Source: a virus
Taxonomy: Duplodnaviria > Caudoviricetes
Direction: 5' to 3' (one strand)
IMG/VR virus record: IMGVR_UViG_2850949226_000003
Span: 14,282-78,281 of that record
Length of the DNA: 64,000 nt
The notes under the pieces are model-generated. The model did no database searches. It was not told the DNA's origin and was given only the letters and a program-made list of their open reading frames with translations. The position numbers and the translations under genes are program-made. Below, in pieces: positions 18,017-27,573 of the stretch. Position 1 is the first letter of the stretch. The number at the start of each line of letters is the position of its first letter.

Positions 18017-18317
18017 ATTTCTCTCTTGTTCTGAAGTCACATGTCCAGTCGTGAAGTAAACCGATATCTACATAATCCTCCAAAGCCTCCACGCTGTTGC
18101 TTTCTAACTCAATCCGGTGAAGAAATACATTGCATTCGTTTCGTTGATAATTAATATGTACTTCTCCTACTTCTATTTCATATGGGTTCTTATATAAGGA
18201 ATCCGCAATGAAATCTCCCTTATGAGGTATAACATTTGATTCGAACTCTTTGTGAAGCGTTCTAAAATCTCGCATACTATCCTTCAAACAAACCTGTTGA
18301 TGAAGCCTGATTTTCAT
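18015..18317 (-). CDS. Hypothetical protein, lone reverse-strand gene
   Basis: Strong RBS AAGGAGGTG before ATG 18317 (MKIRLHQQ). Confidence 0.7.
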   Translation of the reverse strand: MKIRLHQQVCLKDSMRDFRTLHKEFESNVIPHKGDFIADSLYKNPYEIEVGEVHINYQRNECNVFLHRIELESNSVEALEDYVDIGLLHDWTCDFRTREK

Positions 18318-18394
18318 GTCCTTCACCTCCTTTTTTAGTGTTCAAACTAATTATATATTCCTTAAAACTTGAAGTATATTAAAACATTCAAAAG

Positions 18395-18428
18395 TGAGAA
18401 AATATTTCTTTTTTCTCATACTACTGTT
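18395..18428 (+). promoter_or_regulatory. Putative phage late promoter TGAGA-N17-CATACTA
   Basis: Upstream of the structured leader and terS; -10 equals the SigG consensus CATACTA. Confidence 0.55.
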
Positions 18429-18434
18429 CATGAG

Positions 18435-18770
18435 GACTTTTAGTTAAGGGATATCCAATCCTCTAACTTTCCAATATATAAGTGGAAAGTTGATATTTAA
18501 GAGAAGGAAAGGCAGTGGGGAACTGAAGCAAAGGGGCTGTCTGCTCGGATGATGTGGGTTTAAGCCGAGGGATTTAGAAGACCAAGGTCCTACCTCCTGG
18601 CATGGGTAATGTGAAAACGGATCAAAAAACGTCTCGCGGAGTCCGTTGTCGTAATAACGGATAAGGGTTGCCACCTGACAAGAGCACGGAGATAGAGACA
18701 ATGACCGCGTTTAATTGGTTTTGCGGTTAATGCCACTTGCTACGAAAAAATCGTGGCGGTGGCTTTTTTA
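18435..18770 (+). ncRNA. Candidate structured ncRNA or attenuator leader of the packaging operon
   Basis: No credible ORF; GC-richer than flanks by eye; several stems, some with G-U pairs; ends in a terminator. Confidence 0.5.
18732..18769 (+). terminator. Intrinsic terminator just upstream of terS
   Basis: GCCACTTGCTACGA-aaaaa-TCGTGGCGGTGGC-TTTTTT. Confidence 0.8.
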
Positions 18771-18795
18771 GTTTGTTGCGAAAGGAGCAATTAAC

Positions 18796-19473
18796 ATGGC
18801 AAAAAACGAGATCAAATCTTATGTTACATCTGATGGGCAAGTTTTTAAAACAACGTTAGATATAGGTGACGTTGATCCAAAATTATATACACTTAACCAT
18901 TTGGAGATGGCGGAAAAAAGAGTGATAAAAGGCAGTAACAAAAACTTAAAGACGGCTTTAGGTAGTACAAGAGCGTTAGCAAAGAAAAATCAAACTACAG
19001 CCAAATCTCTTTCTGACGCTCAATTTGATGAGTATGGACTCGATCCGTCTATTTACACCAAGAAACAAATCGATTTTGTTCACCAAAAGATCAGAGAATT
19101 CGAAGCGCAATACGAGTCTTCTACGCCTTTTGAAAAAGAGACAATTGGCATGATGGCGGTAACTTTACTAAAAATTACTGAAATTAAAGCGAAAATGATT
19201 TCATCTGATAGTAACAACTACGTGAAACAGTTAAAGGATTTACGCGAGATGTTTTCTAAAATGGCCGAAGATTTGAAGCTTAGACCAAAAGACAAGAAAG
19301 AGGAAGACAGGAGCAAGAACAGAAACTCACTTACAGAAATGGTGCGGAGATACGAAGCGCGGAAGAGAAGTCAACGCAAGGAAACTAGCGATAAAACAAA
19401 AGCAATGGAAGAGATGCTTTCTAAAGTAAGGGTAAACTCGCTGGACGGAAAATACGCCGGAGCTGAAGAATAA
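18796..19473 (+). CDS. Probable terminase small subunit
   Basis: Directly upstream of and coupled to TerL; helical, with MFSKMAEDLKLRP motif. Confidence 0.6.
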   Translation: MAKNEIKSYVTSDGQVFKTTLDIGDVDPKLYTLNHLEMAEKRVIKGSNKNLKTALGSTRALAKKNQTTAKSLSDAQFDEYGLDPSIYTKKQIDFVHQKIREFEAQYESSTPFEKETIGMMAVTLLKITEIKAKMISSDSNNYVKQLKDLREMFSKMAEDLKLRPKDKKEEDRSKNRNSLTEMVRRYEARKRSQRKETSDKTKAMEEMLSKVRVNSLDGKYAGAEE

Positions 19474-21059
19474 TGGATTGGTACAGCGAATGGATTACTG
19501 AAGAAGAAATATACGAAATAATGAACCTCCCTCATGACGAGTTTGAAGAGTACATCTTTGAAATGATCGAGTTTTATCGCGAAAATCCTGTAGAAGCTGT
19601 ATACGACCTATTAGGTCTTGGTTTAACTGAATACCAAAAAGTGATGCTAATTGAATCCTGGAATTCAAAAAACATTTATTGGTGTACAAGCCGTGGTGCT
19701 GGGAAATCATTCATGATGGCTATTCTTGCTTGTTTAAAGATGTTGCTCTATCCAGATGAAGCTATACTCATGTTCGGCCCTTCTTATCGTCAATCATTAA
19801 TGCTCTACGACAAGATCGTAAGTGAAGTTTACAATAAGTCCTTTTCTTTTAAACACGAAGTCATGGAAATGCCTAGGGGATCGATGGGTGCCAAGATTCA
19901 ACTCAAGAATTTGTCTTATGCGAAATTCTTGCCTATAGGCGACGGGGGATCAATTCGTGGTGAGCGTACAACTTTCATCTTTTTGGATGAGGACGCCCAA
20001 CAAGACAAAACGTTAATTGATCGGGTAATTTTACCGATGGCTGTATCTAACTTAAAATACGATCCTGATAATCCTGAAGAGGGATTTCAACCGACTATCG
20101 TTCGTGCCACATCTGCATACTTTCAATTCAACCATAGCTATAAGACTTTCCAAATTCATTTGCACAGAATGGCATTCGATGAGGATTACTACTGCGCTGT
20201 AGTCCCTTATACAATCCCATTGGAAGCGAAACTCTACAATGAAAAGTTCGTAGCCACACAGAAGCGGGATATGTCTAATGATGACTTTGAAATGGAAATG
20301 GGTTGCAAATGGATAACCGGCAACGAAAACGCGTTTATTAGTATGAAATTGTGGGATGAGAACGTTAAATATGACGACACGCTAGAACCCCTTTTCTGTG
20401 GCGAAGGCAATAAGGAGTATGTATTGTTTGCTGATATCGCAAGGTCGGAAGGCGGAGATAACGCATCATTAAAACTATGTGAAATTCGTGGACATCGACT
20501 CGCCGTTGTCAGAGAAAAAGCTTTAAATGGTCAGCCGTATCAAGTGATCCGAGATGAAATAAGAAAATTTCTAATTAAGTTCAATGTTATTGACCTTTGG
20601 ATGGATAAATTAGGAGGCGGTGAAGCTGTGGCCGACTTACTTGCTGAAGATTGGATGGACTTCGAAACTGGAGCTAAACACCCTCCTATTCTTTCTGTTG
20701 ACAGCGGCAGAGGGGATGGGATCAAATTAATCACATTTATTGTAGCGGATACTGCCCTTAACCACAGACTAGGACACCTGGCAAAGAAGCATATTGAAAA
20801 AGGTCACTTCGTTTTCCCAAGACTCATGGACAGACACCCGGAAAGAGAGATGGAAATGGCGTACTTAGACCTCATTATGGTCAAGAAAGAAGTAACCAAT
20901 ATACAAGCTGTGCCGGCAGGAAATTTCCATAAATTCGTGCCTACCAAGGGGTCAAAGCTTCGAAAAGACCGTTGGACAACCTTCTGTTATGCCGCGCTTT
21001 ATATCGAAGAAAAATTGATAAAAAAAGAAGAGGACGAACTATTGATTGAAATCTTCTGA
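19473..21059 (+). CDS. terL: Terminase large subunit
   Basis: SRGAGKS, IRGER..FLDE, RNase H-like ADIARS.GGD, MDKLGGG and RKDRW. Confidence 0.92.
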   Translation: MDWYSEWITEEEIYEIMNLPHDEFEEYIFEMIEFYRENPVEAVYDLLGLGLTEYQKVMLIESWNSKNIYWCTSRGAGKSFMMAILACLKMLLYPDEAILMFGPSYRQSLMLYDKIVSEVYNKSFSFKHEVMEMPRGSMGAKIQLKNLSYAKFLPIGDGGSIRGERTTFIFLDEDAQQDKTLIDRVILPMAVSNLKYDPDNPEEGFQPTIVRATSAYFQFNHSYKTFQIHLHRMAFDEDYYCAVVPYTIPLEAKLYNEKFVATQKRDMSNDDFEMEMGCKWITGNENAFISMKLWDENVKYDDTLEPLFCGEGNKEYVLFADIARSEGGDNASLKLCEIRGHRLAVVREKALNGQPYQVIRDEIRKFLIKFNVIDLWMDKLGGGEAVADLLAEDWMDFETGAKHPPILSVDSGRGDGIKLITFIVADTALNHRLGHLAKKHIEKGHFVFPRLMDRHPEREMEMAYLDLIMVKKEVTNIQAVPAGNFHKFVPTKGSKLRKDRWTTFCYAALYIEEKLIKKEEDELLIEIF

Positions 21060-21085
21060 TGCGAAATCGTTTATTATAACCATTT

Positions 21086-21115
21086 TGAGAAAACAAGCAC
21101 TTTAAACCGTATAAT
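21086..21115 (+). promoter_or_regulatory. Putative promoter of portal/head operon (TGAGA-N19-TATAAT)
   Basis: Same -35 and spacing as the other copies. Confidence 0.45.
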
Positions 21116-21145
21116 GGTAATAGAAAGCGGTTATGAAGGGGGGTT

Positions 21146-22510
21146 TTGTTTTTGAGTGACCAGGAACTTGCGGAGGGCGCTTATAATCCAAAAGAATTTG
21201 GCGAAGAGGTTGCTTCCGTGAAAAACGAAGGAATAGAACGGGTCAGTTCGTTATCTAACATATCAGGGTATGAAGCGAACAAACTTTTAATGAATCCACA
21301 GGGGAATTTCCGGAAGATCGTTCAATTGAGTCATTATTATACCGAAAAGATAGGTATTCTTAAAAGTGCCGTTCGCGTTTATGTGACTCTCACAAATGGA
21401 GAGATTCAACTTGAAGGTGGCACAAAGAAAAATAAAAATTTCCTGGAAGAATTCGTTGAGAAAACTAATCTCAATAAAACTCTCCGACAATCGATACCGG
21501 ATTTATATAAGGCCGGTAATTTTATTTGGTATAGAGAATTAGAGGGCAGAGAGTCAGTTTGGATTCATCAATTAAACCCTATTGATGTCGATATAAAGGG
21601 ACACAAACGGGATAGACCTGTCGCTGATTTAAGGACAAATAATGATCCTGCTACTCTCCCTGATGATTTAAAGCAAGGTGAGGACGGGAAATATCATTTA
21701 CCTCCAAATCAAACTTATCACTGTTCAGTTGAACGAGAAGGGTATTTACGCTACGGGATGCCTTTTACAACTTCAGCCTTCGAGCCTATACAACACATTC
21801 AAGAATTGATTGATATGGAGAAAGACTCTATCAAAAGCGTAATCGAATCACTCATTATCATTACATTGGGCGATGAGAAAAGGCCGGCAACCCAAGAACA
21901 GATTGATAAATTAAAACAACATGTCAAAAATCTCAAAAGTACCTCAAGACTTGTAGGTAATCACACCTTAAAGGCTGAGGTTATCGAGAAAAATATCGAG
22001 GTATTCAACAAAGAAAAGTTTGAAGTGCCGATGAGAATGTTAATGCAATCCATCGGAATTACTCCTAGTATTTTTACCGGCGAAGGTTCTTATGCTACTG
22101 CTTCAGCAGGAATGCAGTCAGCTAAAAAAACGATTGAGTTAATTAGACTGGAGATCGAAGACACTTTAAAGCAATTATTTGCTGATGTCGCAAAAGAAAG
22201 AGGATTGGACCCTAAGAAAAACCCTACAGTGTCGTTAGGGAAACTTGACCTTACAGAAGAAAAGGTCCAACACGCCATCCTCCGCGACCTTTATCTGGAC
22301 GGAATCATCAGTGCTGAAACATATGCGCTTGCTCATGGTCATATCCTTGAACACGAGCAGACCAAGACGAAAGAAGAGAAGAAGTACGACATTCAACCTC
22401 GTAAAATGTCAAGCACTCTGGGAAATGATGGTCCTGGCGCGCCAGAGAAGATTGATTCTAAACCGGATAATAACCCTAATCAAGATAAAAAGCCTTCAGG
22501 TGATAATTAA
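21146..22510 (+). CDS. Portal protein
   Basis: Position after TerL; 454 aa; YLRYGMPF, LYLDGIISAET, low-complexity C-tail. Confidence 0.8.
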   Translation: MFLSDQELAEGAYNPKEFGEEVASVKNEGIERVSSLSNISGYEANKLLMNPQGNFRKIVQLSHYYTEKIGILKSAVRVYVTLTNGEIQLEGGTKKNKNFLEEFVEKTNLNKTLRQSIPDLYKAGNFIWYRELEGRESVWIHQLNPIDVDIKGHKRDRPVADLRTNNDPATLPDDLKQGEDGKYHLPPNQTYHCSVEREGYLRYGMPFTTSAFEPIQHIQELIDMEKDSIKSVIESLIIITLGDEKRPATQEQIDKLKQHVKNLKSTSRLVGNHTLKAEVIEKNIEVFNKEKFEVPMRMLMQSIGITPSIFTGEGSYATASAGMQSAKKTIELIRLEIEDTLKQLFADVAKERGLDPKKNPTVSLGKLDLTEEKVQHAILRDLYLDGIISAETYALAHGHILEHEQTKTKEEKKYDIQPRKMSSTLGNDGPGAPEKIDSKPDNNPNQDKKPSGDN

Positions 22511-22526
22511 AGGAGGTGAATGGTTA

Positions 22527-23576
22527 TTGTTGAGAAAGGATATTGACCTTTACGAATTTGCGAGCAAAAAAGCAAAAGAGTTAGAAAGATTGACTATAAC
22601 GAAATATGAATTATCCGAAGATAAAGATCATATTGATGTTACTTATATTTTGGCATCTTCGGTCGAGAATGCGAATGGTGCTTTGATCACCAAAGAGGAA
22701 ATGGAGTCGGCAAAAGATAGTATCATTCACCAACCTTTGATCATTGTTCCTGATTGGGATGATTTGCCGACAGGCCACAGTTTAGAGGAATTCCCTAAAT
22801 TAAGTTGGGGAGCACTTATCATTGGGACACACATTTCTTCGGATATCGTTCAGGATGGTGATATTTATCATTTAACGGCAAAAGCGAGGGTCTGGAAAAT
22901 TAGATATCCAGAGGTTGCCGCAAACATCATCCGGCTTCACGAAGCAGGTACATTGAAGTTTTCAATGGAATCGCGCTATACAAGTCAAACGATAGAGGGG
23001 GCAACCAGGACATTACACGGAGTAAGATTTATCGGCTCTGCGGTTGTAGATGATCCTGCTAACCCGTTCAGTTACGCTTTGGAAGTAGCGCGCAAAGAAA
23101 AAACAAAGGAGGAAAAAGTCGTGAATTTCGAACAAGCTATGCAAAAACTCAAAGAACTTGATGCTGACGCATATTTAATTGTTAATAAAGAATTTACCAC
23201 ACTGAATGATCAAATCGGTGATAAAGAGAAATTGGAGACAGCATCTAATGAGTTGAAGAACTCTCTTAAAACAGCAAATGAAAAGATCGATGAACTTACG
23301 AATGAACTCAATTCCATGAAGGAAGAAAAGGCACAAACTGAACTTGCTCAAAAACAAGAAGCTCGCTTCAATGCTATTTCCGAGTTTATTGAGTTTGCAG
23401 AAGATGAAATTGAAAGCAAAAAAGAGGCTTTCGGGAAAATGGATGAAGACACTTTTGCTCTCGTTCTTGAAACAGCAAAACGCAATAAAAAAGAAAAGAA
23501 AGAAAGCAATGTAGAATTTGCTTCCGACACTAAATTAGAAGTGCAAAATGGTTTCTTAGATGGTCTTGGAGAATAA
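22527..23576 (+). CDS. Prohead protease/scaffold fusion
   Basis: TTG after AGGAGGTG; FSMES and GSAVVDDPANP protease-like motifs; C-terminal coiled coil. Confidence 0.75.
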   Translation: MLRKDIDLYEFASKKAKELERLTITKYELSEDKDHIDVTYILASSVENANGALITKEEMESAKDSIIHQPLIIVPDWDDLPTGHSLEEFPKLSWGALIIGTHISSDIVQDGDIYHLTAKARVWKIRYPEVAANIIRLHEAGTLKFSMESRYTSQTIEGATRTLHGVRFIGSAVVDDPANPFSYALEVARKEKTKEEKVVNFEQAMQKLKELDADAYLIVNKEFTTLNDQIGDKEKLETASNELKNSLKTANEKIDELTNELNSMKEEKAQTELAQKQEARFNAISEFIEFAEDEIESKKEAFGKMDEDTFALVLETAKRNKKEKKESNVEFASDTKLEVQNGFLDGLGE

Positions 23577-23596
23577 TCAAAGGAGGATAAAAAACT

Positions 23597-24016
23597 ATGA
23601 ACAAGGTTGCTTTTTACTACAGAAAAGATTTAAACGTAACTAAGCACGGCGAATTTAAAGCCGCTGTCAACATGTTGCAAGGTGACGCGGTAAAACGTAA
23701 TGATGTAACTGGACAGGCCGAGATCGCGGCTAATTCAGATGAATTTGAAGGTGTAGTTGATGTCATCCGTTACAACGTCCAAGGAAACGATACCCTGGAT
23801 ATCGAAGCAGGCGAACGGGTTCGTGTCGGCGTAGGTAAAGACTTTGAAATTGTAGTCAAAGGAAATCACCCTGCTCTTGATGCTTTAAATAAAGGAGCTG
23901 AAGTGGGTGTTGCGAACGGTAAATTTGTTGCAGTTGACGGAACCGATGTAACTGTTGCAGTCGGTAAATTGGTTGAAAAATTCATTTCCGGCGAAAAAGT
24001 TGTTCGCATTTATTAA
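23597..24016 (+). CDS. Head decoration/cement protein
   Basis: Small beta-rich gene between scaffold and capsid; strong RBS. Confidence 0.6.
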   Translation: MNKVAFYYRKDLNVTKHGEFKAAVNMLQGDAVKRNDVTGQAEIAANSDEFEGVVDVIRYNVQGNDTLDIEAGERVRVGVGKDFEIVVKGNHPALDALNKGAEVGVANGKFVAVDGTDVTVAVGKLVEKFISGEKVVRIY

Positions 24017-24045
24017 TTGATAAAATAAAGGAGGATAAAAATACA

Positions 24046-24975
24046 ATGGCATATACCGTTGCACAACGTAAAAAATTCTTCGAGCTAGTTAAAAAATACG
24101 AAAATGCTTCTCGTTACAACGCTGAAGCTCAAGACCTCTCCAATCGTATCCGCGAGATGGCTAAATCTCCGATGGGTCGTCATGAACTAGCTCAACTCAT
24201 CACTGAAGACCTTGAAGAAGAAATGAAAGCTTATGATATTCGTCCACTGTTCTTCGGCGGTGTCAAAACCCGTGATCTAAACGAAAAAGTTGAATACAAA
24301 AGAAAAGGAAAGTTCCGCGCGTATCAGATTTCTCCAGGTGGTTACGTTCCTAAGTCCCGCATCTTCCAAGATGTAATGCAAGTGACTCCTGATGTATTCG
24401 CTGTTCGCCCTGCTTGCGATTTGATTCAACTTGAGACTGGTAAAATTAGTGCTGTTCAAGAACTCCGCGATGGTGCTCGTGACGCTCTTTTAACAGAGTA
24501 TAATCGTTACGTGTACAGTATGTTAGAAACAGCTATTCCTGACGGACCAAAAAACACCGCTAACGTAACTTCTGAAGTTGATAAAGCTACTCTCGACGCG
24601 ATGATTTATCACTTCTCTCAATATGGCCCCGTCTCCATCGTGGGTACTCACGCTAACTTGGGTCCTATTCTGGATTTCCAAGGTTACTCTGATGCTACGC
24701 TTCGAGACATCGAACGGAATGGTTCCCTCGGAATTTACCGTGGCGCAAACCTTGTCAAATTAGACGAATATCTTGATGCAGATGATGAGCCAGTTATCAA
24801 GTCTGATAAGATTTTTATCACAACCCAAAAAGCCGGTCATATTGATGACTTCGGTGAACTAGCAAATCGCGAAATCATCGATGAAGAACACGAAGAATTC
24901 TCTGTAAAGATTCAACGTATGTGGGGATTAACTGTTCTTCATGGCGAAAAAATGGGTGTAATCAATATCGGATAA
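24046..24975 (+). CDS. Major capsid protein
   Basis: Position, size, strong RBS, high-expression codon usage, HK97-like C-terminus (MWGLTVLHGEKMGVI). Confidence 0.8.
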   Translation: MAYTVAQRKKFFELVKKYENASRYNAEAQDLSNRIREMAKSPMGRHELAQLITEDLEEEMKAYDIRPLFFGGVKTRDLNEKVEYKRKGKFRAYQISPGGYVPKSRIFQDVMQVTPDVFAVRPACDLIQLETGKISAVQELRDGARDALLTEYNRYVYSMLETAIPDGPKNTANVTSEVDKATLDAMIYHFSQYGPVSIVGTHANLGPILDFQGYSDATLRDIERNGSLGIYRGANLVKLDEYLDADDEPVIKSDKIFITTQKAGHIDDFGELANREIIDEEHEEFSVKIQRMWGLTVLHGEKMGVINIG

Positions 24976-25047
24976 TCTCTAACCAAAACGGGGAGTTTTT
25001 CTCCCCATTAGTTTTAAAATAAAGTAATGAAAAGGAGAAGGTAAGGG

Positions 25048-25446
25048 ATGGAAGAGATTGCAAAGGTACTCATAAACAAAACTCCAGGAAGGATGACAAT
25101 AAACTTCTTAGGAGCATTTCCTCAAAACAAATGGACCAATAAAGAAAACGGAAAAATCTATCTCACGGGGAAAGAGTGGGAATGGGTGCAAACTAATATT
25201 CCGCATGTTTTGGAGAAAGGTTTTCTTATTGAGGAAGGTTCAGTTACAAATGTTAAAACGAATAGTGATAAAGCAAAAGAATTTGAGAGCTTTTTCAAGC
25301 AACATGTAAACAAAGCAAAAGCTCAAATCGCTAAAATGGACGATCTTGATGAAATTAATGCCCTTATTGATTATGCTAACGATCATGAAATCGATAACAA
25401 AGCTGTTGATGCTTTAGTTGAACGGGCAAATGAACTAGGAGAATAA
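25048..25446 (+). CDS. Putative virion/head-assembly protein
   Basis: Follows capsid gene; RBS AAGGAG. Confidence 0.55.
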   Translation: MEEIAKVLINKTPGRMTINFLGAFPQNKWTNKENGKIYLTGKEWEWVQTNIPHVLEKGFLIEEGSVTNVKTNSDKAKEFESFFKQHVNKAKAQIAKMDDLDEINALIDYANDHEIDNKAVDALVERANELGE

Positions 25447-25448
25447 TT

Positions 25449-25811
25449 GTGGCTATTAGTGAAGATATGTTAGTCATAGTTGATATTGTTAGGGGTAGAT
25501 TGGATGACTTGGATGTAAACGCTGTTGAATTTGATGACGATTATCTCGCAAAACACGTCCAAAACAATCTAGACGTATACGACTGGACATTGCCGTTGAA
25601 AAGAGGCCGAGACAGACAATTGATCGCTGTAGAAGCGATGATCGATATCGTTATAGCGATAAAAGCTTGGGCTGACGGAGAATCTTATAGTTATAAAAAT
25701 GATGCAATCCAAGTAACACGGGGATTAATGAGTAAGCACTTCCAAGATACGATCAATCTTCTCAAAGAAGAACGAAATGAAATCATTGGATTGGACGGAG
25801 GGTTTGCGTGA
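25449..25811 (+). CDS. Putative head-tail adaptor
   Basis: Helical 120 aa; VRGRLDD...FDDDYL and ESYSY motifs. Confidence 0.55.
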   Translation: MAISEDMLVIVDIVRGRLDDLDVNAVEFDDDYLAKHVQNNLDVYDWTLPLKRGRDRQLIAVEAMIDIVIAIKAWADGESYSYKNDAIQVTRGLMSKHFQDTINLLKEERNEIIGLDGGFA

Positions 25812-25972
25812 TGGATCAGGATAAATTGAAATATTATTGGAAGTCCTTTGTCAGTTTGTTGGACTTCGTTGATTTAATAAAAGATCAACCGACTCTTAAA
25901 GCCAAATTGAAAACAAAAATTTTAGACTTGGCCCACGAGGTTCAAGAGGAACTAAAATCGCTTGAAAAATAA
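25811..25972 (+). CDS. Small hypothetical protein (53 aa)
   Basis: Manual: MDQDKLKYYW...EELKSLEK; fills the gap exactly with TGATG coupling and RBS GGAGG. Confidence 0.65.
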   Translation: MDQDKLKYYWKSFVSLLDFVDLIKDQPTLKAKLKTKILDLAHEVQEELKSLEK

Positions 25973-25987
25973 AGGAGGAAAAAATAA

Positions 25988-26494
25988 ATGCCATTCACAG
26001 GACAAGAAGAAGTTTATAATGGTTATAACCGAAAGTTGTTTTTCACAACCGGTTCTCCAACAGCTTTGCCAACTGATACATCTCCGTCTTATACTTGGAC
26101 TGAATTGGGGTATGATGATTCTTTTTCTTTTAACGAAAACGAAAACGAAGCACAAAAATACAATAAACGAGTGAAATCTCATAAGAAAAAAGGTCGTAAA
26201 GAATACACATTTGAAGTATCACAACTTTATGCAGGTGTTGACGTTTCTATCTTCATGATGAAACAAAAAGAAGGTACCCTAAAGCAAGTGACTTATAACG
26301 ACGCTGGAGAAATCGTCGAAGTGAACTACTTCCATAAAGCGTACATCAACTCTCCGCAATTCAACGGAGGTACAGATGACGGGGATGACACTGTATCAGC
26401 TTCAGGAGACTATTCTGAACGTTATATGTACAATGGTGATAGTTCTTCGGCTGTTCTTCTTTATGCCACTGACGGCTCTCACGAGACACCCTAA
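25988..26494 (+). CDS. Major tail (tube) protein
   Basis: Strong RBS, tube-like beta pattern, ends CCC TAA. Confidence 0.75.
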   Translation: MPFTGQEEVYNGYNRKLFFTTGSPTALPTDTSPSYTWTELGYDDSFSFNENENEAQKYNKRVKSHKKKGRKEYTFEVSQLYAGVDVSIFMMKQKEGTLKQVTYNDAGEIVEVNYFHKAYINSPQFNGGTDDGDDTVSASGDYSERYMYNGDSSSAVLLYATDGSHETP

Positions 26495-26768
26495 AGCTCC
26501 CTCCGGCGTAACAGTTGGGACCGTGACAGCGAATTCGATTTCATTGTCGTGGAACCCTGTTGCGTATAGGGAGGGCATTCAAAGTTATAAAGTGTATCGT
26601 GATGGTGTTTCTGTTGGAACGACGAACGAAACAGCGTTCACGGATTCCGAATTGAGTCCGTCAACTCAATACAGTTATCAAGTGACTGCTGTGGGTAATG
26701 ATGGCGCGGAAAGCCTCAAGAGCGCAGTTGTTACTGCTGAAACAAGCGCGGCAGATCAAACAACTTAA
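26489..26768 (+). other. +1 frameshift site CCC.TAA and FN3-domain extension of the major tail protein
   Basis: +1 frame reads PKAPSGVTVGTVTANSISLSWNPV...YKVYRDG...LSPSTQYSYQVTAV (FN3), with no RBS of its own; terminator at 26780-26810. Confidence 0.85.
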
Positions 26769-26835
26769 AAATAAATTTAGGGGGAAGGGCTATCGCTCTT
26801 CCTCTTTTTAAATTCCGTGGAAAGGACGATCGGGA

Positions 26836-27555
26836 ATGCTTACTTTAGTTCATGAAGATATCTACGTTTATATCGATAAGATCGAAGAACAAATTCAAAG
26901 CTTTTCAGGAACGTCAGAATTCGTTCTGAGCAACATAGCGTATAAATCGATAGTTGATCAAGGGGTCATCGAAATAAACGCTACATCAGGCTCCTATACG
27001 TCTTTATCGCTATCCGATGGAACTGAAACATTATCGATCAATCAGCCTTTGTCAGCAGGAGACAAGGTTGTTATTGATTTAAGGGAGAGATTTTACACAC
27101 TTAATGGCGCCCCATTCTTGTTAGATGGTTTTTTGGAGTTGGAAGATGATAAGGAAAACACACTAACTCTCTCTCTTACTGGTGCAGGCACCACAGAAGT
27201 TAAATACAAAAGGAACCAGGTTGTGGAGAACCAAATGGACCTTTATTTCTGTACTGGAATTGATATTTCCGATAACAGAGAGATTGTCAAAAGGACAAAT
27301 GTCAAAGGTGAAACAAAGATTTGTAAAACTGCGAAAAAAGAGTACCAATGGAGTATTAATGGTTTATGGAACGACACAGAAATACAAAAGTTCAATTCAA
27401 GTTCAGGTTTGTTTAGACTTCGATTGGTAGATGAAGATGGTGTGGAAATGGAAAAGCTCGCTAATTGTGTTATTTCGAGCTTTCAAAAGAACTCTTCCGA
27501 TTCGGGAGACTATACTTACACCCTTAACGGAAACTGTGAAAAAATTTTTGATTAA
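26836..27555 (+). CDS. Tail-tube paralogue with inserted Dit-like beta domain
   Basis: C-half resembles the major tail protein (KKEYQWSINGLW vs RKEYTFEVSQLY); N-half LSAGDKVVIDL...TLNG...LEL...ENTL resembles Dit C-terminal domains. Confidence 0.5.
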   Translation: MLTLVHEDIYVYIDKIEEQIQSFSGTSEFVLSNIAYKSIVDQGVIEINATSGSYTSLSLSDGTETLSINQPLSAGDKVVIDLRERFYTLNGAPFLLDGFLELEDDKENTLTLSLTGAGTTEVKYKRNQVVENQMDLYFCTGIDISDNREIVKRTNVKGETKICKTAKKEYQWSINGLWNDTEIQKFNSSSGLFRLRLVDEDGVEMEKLANCVISSFQKNSSDSGDYTYTLNGNCEKIFD

Positions 27556-27573
27556 TTAGGAGGAATGGTTATA

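Noticed and set aside
18580-18700. HDV-like, hammerhead, T-box or SAM identity for the leader
   Set aside because: Only partial words match (CCTCC, CTGACAAG, AAGGGTTG); required cores and pairings could not be built.
18444-18701. 85-aa minus-strand ORF across the structured leader
   Set aside because: No convincing RBS and atypical composition; better explained as antisense to a structured RNA.
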